The notes: a model not told the origin generated them from the sequence alone. A stretch of 64,000 bases of DNA from Myxococcota bacterium (GCA_963674735.2 CAXXQS010000001.1:2560001-2624000); one strand, 5' to 3'. Numbered from the stretch's first letter, positions 45,324 to 53,672 are shown. A program made the numbers and translations.

Positions 45324-45510
45324 GATTGTGACAGCAATAATTTACGATTGAAAGGAGAGCTCCATGTCTAAGGGTACGAGTACGAGCAGTGCAGGTCAAG
45401 GCGAAATCGTCCGTATTGACGAGGGGATCATCAAAGAGCAACTCGGTGAGATGGTTCGCGGTACGGTCGAGGAAACATTGAACGCGATGCTTGATGCGGA
45501 AGCCGAGGCC
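45324..45510 (+). pseudogene. IS256-family transposase 5' remnant
   Basis: AAGGAG RBS, then an ORF start containing VRIDEG.IKEQLGEMVRGTVEETLNAMLDAEAE, resembling IS256 N-termini; similarity ends just before a REPIN. Confidence 0.7.
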
Positions 45511-45522
45511 CAGCTAAGCCAA

Positions 45523-45595
45523 GTAGGTCGGACAAATTCTTTGTCCGACAATCATAATCTCCCTTTGTGTCGGACAGAAAATCTGTCCGACCTAC
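45523..45595. repeat. GTAG-tagged REP doublet (REPIN) family A
   Basis: GTAGGTCGGACA...TGTCCGACA-spacer-TGTCGGACA...TGTCCGACCTAC; 73 bp, inverted copy at 57473-57545 with 2 mismatches. Confidence 0.9.
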
Positions 45596-45660
45596 ATGAC
45601 TTTTTCACCACAACCAGCCCCGCCGGAAACAAGGCAGGAGCCTTGTTTGAAGACAAACGA

Positions 45661-45689
45661 ACAGAGCAGGACGGGAGCCCTGCTCCGAC
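45661..45689 (-). repeat. REP-like palindrome related to family B
   Basis: Reverse strand GTCGGAGCAGGGCTCCCGTCCTGCTCTGT resembles GTAGGAACAAGGCTCTGTCCTGTTCCG (57599-57625, reverse strand). Confidence 0.5.
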
Positions 45690-45754
45690 ATCGCCCCTCT
45701 TCCACCGGTGTTCGGCGGGTGGCCGTGACAAGCCCCGAACGTTGAAAACTGGAT

Positions 45755-45843
45755 GGGTGCCATGGGCTAAGCGCAGCTTGCCCATGTGCAGGATCTTCGA
45801 ACACGGGCAAGCTCTACTTCATTCCGCTTGGCCCGTGGCACCC
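45755..45843. repeat. GGTG-type REP-like inverted doublet
   Basis: GGGTGCCATGGGCTAAGCG.AGCTTGCCCATGT ... ACACGGGCAAGCT...CGCTTGGCCCGTGGCACCC inverted arms. Confidence 0.72.
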
Positions 45844-45867
45844 GTTACCCAAGGCGCCCGACCGTTT

Positions 45868-45928
45868 GCCCTCTCCACAAAATGGAGAGGGTCCGCGAAG
45901 CGGAGGGGTGAGGGTTCGAGACCTGGAG
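45868..45928 (-). repeat. CCCTCACCCC/CCCTCTC-GAGAGG dispersed palindromic repeat, copy 1
   Basis: Reverse complement aligns with 50251-50309. Confidence 0.8.
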
Positions 45929-45957
45929 CCCGTCGGGAAACGCGCCAACAGGGATGC

Positions 45958-47451
45958 TTACAGCGGCGTGTTGCGATGCTTGCGCGGCAGCAGCAGTTCC
46001 TGCTTGTTCTTGATGGTTTCGAAGGCGCGGATCACCACCTGCCGGGTCGAATCGGGGCTGATGACGTCGTCGAGGAAGCCGTATTCGGCCGCCATATAAG
46101 GCGTTAAATAAGTGGCCTCATACTCGGCGATCAGATCGGCCTGCAGCTGCTTGAGCTCCTCCGTTTTCCCTTCGGCCTTGAGCGCCTTGAAGGCGCGCGA
46201 ATGCAGGATTTCGACCGCTCCCTGTGCGCCCATAACGCAGATTTGGGAATTGGGCCAGGCGAAGTTGTAATCGGAGCCCACATGTTTGGAGCTCATCACG
46301 TCGTAGGCGCCGCCGTAATTCTTGCGCAGGGTGACGGCGATCTGGGGGACCGTCGCTTCGGCGAAGGCGTAGAGAATCTTAGCCCCATGCATGATAATCC
46401 CGCCGTGCTCCTGGCTGACGCCCGGCAAGAAGCCCGGAACGTCCACAAAGGTGAGCAGCGGCACGTTGAAACTGTCGCAGGTGCGGATAAAGCGCGCGCC
46501 CTTGCGCGAGGCGTTGATGTCGAGGGTGCCCGCCATGACGCTCGGCTGGTTGGCCACGATGCCGAAACTGTGGCCGTTGAGCCGCGCGAAGCCCACCACG
46601 ATGTTTTGCGCGTAATCGGGATGGATTTCCATGAAGGAATCCCGGTCGACGACCGATTGAATCACGTTGCGCACATCATAGCCACGCTTGGCGTCCTCCG
46701 GGACCATGTCCAGAAGCTCCGGGCAGATGCGGTTGGGGTCGTCCTCCGGCTCGACGTAGGGGGGCTTTTCCTGGCTGTTCTGCGGCAGATATGAAAGCAG
46801 ACGCCGCACGCTGTCGATCGAATGGAAGTCGTCTTGACACACCAGATGACACACCCCGGATTTGCCCGAGTGCGCGCGTGCGCCGCCCAGATCCGATTTC
46901 GAAACGGCTTCGCCGGTGACCGCTTTCACAACTTTGGGACCGGTGATGAACATGAAGGCCTGATCCTCGACCATCAAGATAAAATCGGTCAAGGCCGGGG
47001 AGTAAACCGCGCCGCCGGCGCAGTGGCCGCTGATGATCGAGATCTGCGGAATTACGCCGGAACAGCGCACGTTGCGGAAGAAGATATCGCCGTAACCGGC
47101 CAGCGAAATCACGCCCTCCTGCAAACGCGCCCCACCCGAATCGTTGAAGCCGATCACCGGCGCCATTTCGCGTGCGGCCATATCCATCAACTTGCATACT
47201 TTTTTAGCATGCGCTTCACCGAGCGACCCGCCCATGAATGCGGCGTCTTGGGAAAAGGCGTAAGTCGGACGGCCGTTGACCATGCCGAAACCGGTGACGA
47301 CGCTGTCGCCGGAAACCTTTTTGTTTTCCATGCCATAGCCGGTGATGTGATGCGTCACATAGCGGTCGATTTCGTAAAAGGTGCCCGCATCGAAAAAATG
47401 TTCCAAGCGGTCGCGTGCCGATAGTTTCACCCGTTCATCGCTGTTGGACAT
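45958..47451 (-). CDS. Acyl-CoA carboxylase beta (carboxyltransferase) subunit
   Basis: DSGGARLQEG, CAGGAVYSPALTD, VDVPGFLPG, YGGAYDVM, RKHRNTPL; AAGGAG RBS. Confidence 0.95.
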   Translation of the reverse strand: MSNSDERVKLSARDRLEHFFDAGTFYEIDRYVTHHITGYGMENKKVSGDSVVTGFGMVNGRPTYAFSQDAAFMGGSLGEAHAKKVCKLMDMAAREMAPVIGFNDSGGARLQEGVISLAGYGDIFFRNVRCSGVIPQISIISGHCAGGAVYSPALTDFILMVEDQAFMFITGPKVVKAVTGEAVSKSDLGGARAHSGKSGVCHLVCQDDFHSIDSVRRLLSYLPQNSQEKPPYVEPEDDPNRICPELLDMVPEDAKRGYDVRNVIQSVVDRDSFMEIHPDYAQNIVVGFARLNGHSFGIVANQPSVMAGTLDINASRKGARFIRTCDSFNVPLLTFVDVPGFLPGVSQEHGGIIMHGAKILYAFAEATVPQIAVTLRKNYGGAYDVMSSKHVGSDYNFAWPNSQICVMGAQGAVEILHSRAFKALKAEGKTEELKQLQADLIAEYEATYLTPYMAAEYGFLDDVISPDSTRQVVIRAFETIKNKQELLLPRKHRNTPL

Positions 47452-48413
47452 CCAGCGTCTCCTTCCGATTGCGGACACGGTGCGCCCCGTGCTTCGGTCG
47501 TGTTTATAGGGTCGTAATGCTGTGGAAAGTCATACAACAAGACGGACGAAAAGGCAATAGTTGTGCGACGCGCGAAAATCGCAACCGAGTTTCTCGGTTT
47601 TTTTTCATACATTTGTATCTATTTTTACGATACGGAGAATGACTTCGCGTTCTCTCTGGGGTCGCCGTCGGGAAGCTCGGGACCGGTCCGCCACCGAGAG
47701 CCTCGGAGGCGCTGCGAACCAGCATTCGTCTGCCCTTGCAGCTTGGAACTAGCTGTAATAACAAAGCAATTATCGATATTTCAGATTATTTTCGGCCGTC
47801 GGTCGTCGCCGCAGGACCGAAACCAACTATCCCTTGTAATATCAACAAGATAAGAGCCTATACATGAATTAGTGGAAGTGTATTATATTAAATATACTAC
47901 TCTATCGAATTTTTTTCGCGTCTGGCCAGCGCCTCCCACCCGCGTCTGGACTTCCGGAATAAGGGGTCTACAAAGTTCTAAGTAACTGTGATTACACGAA
48001 TAATTAGATCTTTTTTTCAATGCGGGATTTTCCTGTGGGAACGCGAGCGACCGTGCGCCGCTCTCGCCCTGCGGTCGTCGGTGTGACGTATTACGCCCAA
48101 CCTAGTTTTCCCCGTGGTTTCCTACTTTACCCCTCGATTTCAGGCCGAAAAACCCAATGATTTCACGAAAACCGAAAAAGCCCCCCGGAAAACGGCGCAA
48201 CGAGCGCTTTGAGCGAATCGAGACCAGGGCAGGTAAAACGGCAAAAATTGGGTCTGTCCACTTGATTTTGCCGAAACGACCCTTTTCGCTTGTCACGGCC
48301 ACTTGCCGCAACGGCGCAGGGAGCGAAAAACGGGCGTGAAGCCTGAAGCCCGTCGGAGACGCGCTCCAACATGGAAAAGCCTGATTCGAGGCCATCAGGC
48401 TGATTGCTGTTCA

Positions 48414-50093
48414 TCATTCTTCCCGAAATGCGTCAACCAATCGCTCGCAATCGACCGGCACAGCGCCTTCCGGATTTTTGAATGGGGAGGCGCAATAGCT
48501 GAACAGGTATCCCATTGCTTCCACTCCCACCCTGTAAATCCGAAGCTCTTCTTCATCGAGGTCATAATCGGAGGGTAACCAGTCGTGCTCGCCGTCCGGC
48601 ACACTATCCGACCAAAGATTCCAGTTTGCGAAAGCTGAATATTCGTCCACGCCGCGGCTGAAGTATTCTTGAATACGACGAACCTCATCGCTCGTCAGCG
48701 GATAACCCGCCCCGGCGGCTTGAAGCTTATTCATATACCAGTCTCGTTCCCAGCGCTCCACCGTGGAATTGACCTTGCTCATATCCAAACTTATATCGCG
48801 CTTAAAGCGTTCCTCCAGACCATCCAGTGAATGGCGCGCCAAATCGTTAAAGCCGCGAACGAGCGCCCACTTGATTGCCGAAATATGGAAGGCGCGCATG
48901 ATGTGACTGTTGGGTGCGTTATTTTGGATCGAGAGTTTTTCATACGTGAGATCGCCTCCGAAATCGCTGCACACAACATCGCGTGGCGACTCGTATGCCA
49001 AGATTTCGGCAACAAGCTTATTGTTGCATTCGGCATTCGGGAAAACCTGGTCCCAGAACACAAAACTCGCCAGATCGCCGCCCCGCTCCGGATCGTACAT
49101 GGTTTCTTTATCGAAGATATAGGGTTGCCCTTCGTCGTCTTTGGTACGAATCTGGTAGCCGCTGTCGACGATGTCTTGGGTGAAGGCTTTCAACAGGTCG
49201 AAGGTTTCGCCGCAGGCCTCAAGCACAGACTCGTCTGTTGCCCGTAACGAGGCATACAGAACCGCCGCCGCCGTATCGAACAGGTAGCCAAGGCCATCCT
49301 TCGAACGCACGCTGGTGACCCACACTTCTCCCCAGTAAGGATTGTTTTCATATTTGAAGCGAGCGCAATTCCACCGATCGTAGGCATGGTACCAGTTGGA
49401 ATAATCGATGCCTTTCTCATAGCCGTCTTGCGTGGTGTATGTGTGATTGCTGGTGATGACGTTTCGGGCCATAAGGTGGGGCGCCGGGTCGTTTTCGTCG
49501 TAGACCATGCCCAGCATCGTTTGCGAAATACCTTTGCAGTACTGCTCGGTCAGGGTGCCGAGAACGGTGTCGCCCGTAAGCAGATACCCTCCGATCACAC
49601 TGGCTAATATGGTCGAATTCACCTTAAGGATATTATGGCCGCCATGCTCTTCCGACCAGTCATGCACGATGCTGACGGTGTTGTCCTGTTTGATCGCGTG
49701 GGTATCGCGCCACCACAGACGATAGTCGCGCATGCCGCTTGAAGCGTCCATGCCGTGGCTCATCCTCAACAGCCAATCGAAATAGTGTTTGCTTTGATAG
49801 AAGTCGATGAGATTCCGGGTAAAATCTGCCAGCTCATCGGTGCTTTGCGGTTGACCATCATCTTCGCGGGAATAGCTGAAGGGCAATGAATTCGGCAAAC
49901 CGTCCCCTGCGAGCTCCGCCTCGATTTCCGAATCGTTTTCCGAAGGATCGGCATCCGGGTTCGTGTCGTCGAACTCGCGATCCGCGTCGCCATCCGGAAG
50001 TTGCGAGGAAGAAGAATCTCCATCCGAACAAGCGAAACCGAACAGAATTGATAGACCGACTACGGCCAAGTATGAAAATGTGCGATACGGCAT
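48414..50093 (-). CDS. Hypothetical lipoprotein (possible secreted enzyme)
   Basis: GFAC lipobox, PDGDAD linker, 559-aa Trp/Tyr/Asp-rich body; no family recognised. Confidence 0.75.
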   Translation of the reverse strand: MPYRTFSYLAVVGLSILFGFACSDGDSSSSQLPDGDADREFDDTNPDADPSENDSEIEAELAGDGLPNSLPFSYSREDDGQPQSTDELADFTRNLIDFYQSKHYFDWLLRMSHGMDASSGMRDYRLWWRDTHAIKQDNTVSIVHDWSEEHGGHNILKVNSTILASVIGGYLLTGDTVLGTLTEQYCKGISQTMLGMVYDENDPAPHLMARNVITSNHTYTTQDGYEKGIDYSNWYHAYDRWNCARFKYENNPYWGEVWVTSVRSKDGLGYLFDTAAAVLYASLRATDESVLEACGETFDLLKAFTQDIVDSGYQIRTKDDEGQPYIFDKETMYDPERGGDLASFVFWDQVFPNAECNNKLVAEILAYESPRDVVCSDFGGDLTYEKLSIQNNAPNSHIMRAFHISAIKWALVRGFNDLARHSLDGLEERFKRDISLDMSKVNSTVERWERDWYMNKLQAAGAGYPLTSDEVRRIQEYFSRGVDEYSAFANWNLWSDSVPDGEHDWLPSDYDLDEEELRIYRVGVEAMGYLFSYCASPFKNPEGAVPVDCERLVDAFREE

Positions 50094-50250
50094 GGTTGAT
50101 TTCTCCGCATTTCGTGTTGGTAGAGTCCAGTCCGATTTATCATCCGCGGGAGGGTAGCATATTGTATGAAGCAGTCAAGAAATGGCAGATTTCCATATCC
50201 AGTTGATGACGGATGGGTGGGGTTGCGGATTGAAAGGTGGCTGCAACGTC

Positions 50251-50309
50251 CTCCCGGCCTCGAATCCTCACCCCTCCGCTTCACGGACCCTCTCTCATTG
50301 GGAGAGGTC
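50251..50309 (+). repeat. Dispersed palindromic repeat, copy 2
   Basis: CTCGAATCCTCACCCCTCCGCTTCACGGACCCTCTC...GAGAGG, homologous to 45868-45928. Confidence 0.8.
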
Positions 50310-50656
50310 GCCGACCGAAGCTCGGCGGGTGGAGGGGCAACCGGTTGCCTATCGTTCGGTCAATGGCGTAACCCTATTTGCATTATGGAGTATTATACGC
50401 TCACCCCGAATAGGCGTTTGAAAAACGGTGTATCGAGGGAACCGGATGTCGGGATAGTCAATCGAAATGATCGATGGCCATGATTTTTGTTTATCAACCC
50501 ACCCCAACCCGAGCATCCCAGCGATTTGCAAACAGCATCCCGCAAAAAATAATAGGTCCATCGGGAAGAAGTGGGCCGCTGAATCGATCTATGCCTAGAG
50601 GTAACCGTATAGTCCCTGACCGTTGGCGTTCCGACGGCACAACAGAGGATGATGCG

Positions 50657-50986
50657 ATGTCCGATTTGACCACGCTGTCATGCATTCCCTGCAAAGGGGG
50701 TGTTCCGCCGCTCACCGGCCCCGCGCTTTCGACCCTGATGGCGCGGTTGGGTCCGGGCTGGCGACTCGACGGCGAGCATCACATCGAAAAGGATTTTGCC
50801 TTTCGGGATTTCAACGATGCATTGGCATTTACGAACCGAGTCGGGGCGCTGGCCGAAAAGGAAGGCCACCATCCCGATATTCACCTGAGCTGGGGCAAGG
50901 TGACGTTGACGATTTTCACGCACAAAATCAACGGACTCAGCGAGAGCGACTTCATTCTCGCGGCGAAAACGGACCAACTGCTGTAG
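50657..50986 (+). CDS. Pterin-4-alpha-carbinolamine dehydratase
   Basis: CIPCKGG, AEKEGHHPDI, THKINGLSESDFILAAK. Confidence 0.93.
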   Translation: MSDLTTLSCIPCKGGVPPLTGPALSTLMARLGPGWRLDGEHHIEKDFAFRDFNDALAFTNRVGALAEKEGHHPDIHLSWGKVTLTIFTHKINGLSESDFILAAKTDQLL

Positions 50987-51064
50987 CGCTTCCTCTTTCT
51001 CACCCGTTGCCTCCCCGACCGGCCCTAACCGGCTCAACACGATCATTCAACAGGAGGCCCGACC

Positions 51065-51508
51065 ATGACAACCATCCGCGAAATTTTGAACGATAAAGGA
51101 CCGATTGTCGTTTCGATCCAGGAAAACAGCCATCTGCTCGAAGCCATCGACCGCCTCAACGAATTCTCCATCGGTTGCCTGGTGGTGATGAACGCCCAGG
51201 GACGCATGACCGGCGTGCTGACCGAACGCGACATTTTGCGCAACCTGCACCGCTACGGCAAAACCCTCGACGAGGTGCCCGTCTCCGATGTCATGAACCG
51301 CATCGTCTACACCGGCCGCCTCGACGACAACCTGGACGCGGTGATGGCGACCATGACGGAACGGCGCTTTCGCCATCTGCCGGTGGTCGATCACAACGAG
51401 CTGGTCGGTTTGATTTCCATCGGCGACGTGGTCAAACGGCTCAGCCATGAGCACGCCCGCGAAAACGCCATTCTGAAGGACTACATCAGCAGTCCCTACC
51501 CGGCGTAA
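51065..51508 (+). CDS. CBS-domain protein
   Basis: GVLTERD, RFRHLPVV, GLISIGDVVK; AGGAGG RBS. Confidence 0.93.
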   Translation: MTTIREILNDKGPIVVSIQENSHLLEAIDRLNEFSIGCLVVMNAQGRMTGVLTERDILRNLHRYGKTLDEVPVSDVMNRIVYTGRLDDNLDAVMATMTERRFRHLPVVDHNELVGLISIGDVVKRLSHEHARENAILKDYISSPYPA

Positions 51509-51580
51509 CCGGCTGTTTTCGGGGGGAACCGAGCCGAGATGAGCGGGTAATGGCGGATTAGGATGGGTGGAGTTTCAGGG

Positions 51581-51655
51581 GTAGGATGGGCAACAAGTTG
51601 CCCATCGCGTCGTCAAGTAAAGCTTCAAGAAGATGGGCAACAAGTTGCCCATCCT
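51581..51655. repeat. GTAG-tagged REP doublet family C, second arm interrupted by IS110
   Basis: GTAGGATGGGCAACAAGTTGCCCATC ... GATGGGCAACAAGTTGCCCATCCT; the terminal AC reappears at 52832 after the IS. Confidence 0.88.
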
Positions 51656-51669
51656 TGTATTATCCCTTT

Positions 51670-51872
51670 CAAGCGACTGTCATCGTTTGTGATGATAAGA
51701 TGAAACGACCTCCCGTAGCAAGCGGGAGGCCGTGGTGGGCGGCGAGATCGTCCCATCCTGGGGCCTGATGAGCCCGTTTTGTAGCCGGATCCGCCGTCCG
51801 TTTCGTCCGGGAAAACCCGAACAGTCGCAGGGGCCATTGTAATCGAAATGAGCCCGTATTGGCAAGGAAGGG
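51670..51872 (+). ncRNA. Putative IS110 bridge RNA
   Basis: Target loop CCCATCCT (51752-59) plus GTAG (51781-84); donor loop ACAGTCGC (51821-28) plus GCAAG (51862-66); each guide pair flanks an inner stem. RNA ends are approximate. Confidence 0.88.
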
Positions 51873-51878
51873 TGCGCC

Positions 51879-52814
51879 ATGAAGAAATGGATCGGGATCG
51901 ACGTCAGCAAAGCCGTTTTCGATGTCGCCGTCGACGGCGAAAGCACGTGCGTCCGCTACGCTTACACCAAAGCCGGCATGACACGCTTCGTCCGTTCGTT
52001 GAAGCGGATCGAGGTGGAGGGCGTCGTGATGGAAGCCACCGGCGGCTACGAACGGGAGCTGTGCAAACGTCTTCAGAAAGCGGGTTGGCCGGTGGCGGTG
52101 GTCAATCCCCGGCGCATCCGGGATTATGCCCGCGCCGTCGGCGTGATGGCGAAAACGGATCGACTCGATGCGGGCATCATCGCACGCTACGCAGCCGCCA
52201 TGCGTCCCGCACCGAACGAAACGCTCGGCGAAACCGCCCTCCTGTTAAAAGCCCTGTCTTCACGGAGGCGGCAGCTGGTCGCCATGCGCACGATGGAGAA
52301 AAACCGCACCGAACACGTGGGCGATCGGACGATCGGACAAAGCCTGCACCGCATTCTGGAGGTGATCGAACGGGAAATCGAGCGGCTGGATCGGGCCATC
52401 GCGGCGGCCATTGCATCGGATCGGGAGCGCAGCGACCGGGCCGCGCGGCTCCAAACGATGCCGGGCGTCGGCGCGTGCACGGCGAATCTTCTGGTGACGG
52501 ATCTGCCGGAGCTGGGGATCTACAACCGGCGGCAGATCGCGGCGTTGATCGGCGTGGCGCCCATGAATCGGGACAGCGGAACGTTTCGGGGTAAACGCAT
52601 GACCGGCGGCGGTCGTCATCGCCTGCGCACGGCGCTCTACATGCCGACGCTGGTGGCGATTCAACACAACCCGGTGATTCGCGGACACTACCAGCGGCTG
52701 GTCGGACGCGGCAAACCGAAGATGACGGCGGTGGTGGCCTGCATGCGAAAATTGGTCCTCATTCTCAACACGATGATGCGGAAAAACGAAGCCTGGAACC
52801 CGAATTTCGCTTGA
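51879..52814 (+). CDS. IS110 recombinase/transposase
   Basis: DEDD residues in GIDVSK, MEATG, KTDRLDA; PGVG; RDSG catalytic Ser loop; GGR..LR.ALY. Confidence 0.96.
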   Translation: MKKWIGIDVSKAVFDVAVDGESTCVRYAYTKAGMTRFVRSLKRIEVEGVVMEATGGYERELCKRLQKAGWPVAVVNPRRIRDYARAVGVMAKTDRLDAGIIARYAAAMRPAPNETLGETALLLKALSSRRRQLVAMRTMEKNRTEHVGDRTIGQSLHRILEVIEREIERLDRAIAAAIASDRERSDRAARLQTMPGVGACTANLLVTDLPELGIYNRRQIAALIGVAPMNRDSGTFRGKRMTGGGRHRLRTALYMPTLVAIQHNPVIRGHYQRLVGRGKPKMTAVVACMRKLVLILNTMMRKNEAWNPNFA

Positions 52815-52892
52815 CACCGATAACAGTCGCTACTTTTTTTTCTACGATCAACAAACCCAGTACCCGCCGGAAACGCACTCCGACACCCCCCT

Positions 52893-53672
52893 TCACCCCA
52901 TAAACTGCTCGCGCGCGACCGCGGCCAGCAGCAACACCAGAACCGCAATCGTCAAGGGGCGGATGATCCGTTCGCCGTTGCGCAGCACCAGACGCGACCC
53001 GAGCAGGTTGCCCGCAATACCGCCGCAAGCCGCGTAAATCGCCAGGGGAAACAGCACTTTGCCGTTGAGCAGAAAAATCGTTAGCGAACCGAGGTTGGAG
53101 GCCAGGTTGGCCAGGCGGGCATTGGCGGCCGCCGTCACCAGGTCGAAACGCAGAAGCAAGTAGAACGCAATCGCCATAAACGCCCCGGTGCCGGGACCGA
53201 AAAAGCCGTCGTAGCCGCCGATCAACCAGCCGATGCCGAAAGCCGCCAGCCATTGCCCCCGACGCGACAAGCGCAGCCCCGGCCCCCGCAACCAGCGGTC
53301 ACGAAACCAGAATGCCGCCGCCACGATGGGCACCAGCACCAGCAGCACCTGGCGCACGATCTCCGGGGGAGTCAACAGCGCCAGCTTGGCCCCCAAGGAC
53401 GCCCCAATCAGCGCCCCACCTGCCGCCAGCAAACCGAGCACCAGTTGCACGCGTCCCGCGCGGGCATAGCGGACGACCGCCGTCACCGTTCCCAGGCTGG
53501 ACGAGAATTTGTTGGTGGCCAGCGCCGTGTGCGGCGGCAGACCGAAAGCGAAATAAGCCGGTAAGCTGATCAAGCCGCCCCCGCCCGCAATCGAATCGAC
53601 AAATCCGGCCAGAAAGACCAGCCCCGTCAGCGAGATGATTTGAAGCGTGGAAAAATCGAGCGTTTCATACAT
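52893..53672 (-). CDS. TSUP (TauE/SafE, YfcA-like) transporter
   Basis: AGFVDSIAGGGGLI, ALATNK, YDGFFGPGTG. Confidence 0.93.
   Translation of the reverse strand: MYETLDFSTLQIISLTGLVFLAGFVDSIAGGGGLISLPAYFAFGLPPHTALATNKFSSSLGTVTAVVRYARAGRVQLVLGLLAAGGALIGASLGAKLALLTPPEIVRQVLLVLVPIVAAAFWFRDRWLRGPGLRLSRRGQWLAAFGIGWLIGGYDGFFGPGTGAFMAIAFYLLLRFDLVTAAANARLANLASNLGSLTIFLLNGKVLFPLAIYAACGGIAGNLLGSRLVLRNGERIIRPLTIAVLVLLLAAVAREQFMG

Larger units (their letters stand above)
51654..52831 (+). mobile_element. Complete IS110-family (IS621-like) element
   Basis: CT core at both ends (51654-55, 52830-31); left end CTTGTATTATCCCT, right end TTGACA...ACAGTCGCT; removing it restores REP end GCCCATCCTAC. Confidence 0.93.

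Noticed and set aside
45523-45928. CRISPR array
   Set aside because: The repeats are inverted doublets of different families, not direct repeats with regular spacers, and there are no cas genes
45364-46107. 247-aa ORF as a real gene
   Set aside because: Only the first 48 or so codons look coding (IS256-like); the rest reads through REP palindromes and into the antisense strand of the carboxylase gene
47866-47893. Second dif-like site (TTATATTAAAT)
   Set aside because: No recognisable XerC arm; likely chance in AT-rich DNA
52832-52892. IS1111-type guide RNA downstream of the recombinase
   Set aside because: The element ends 17 bp after the stop codon, and all guide matches are in the left end
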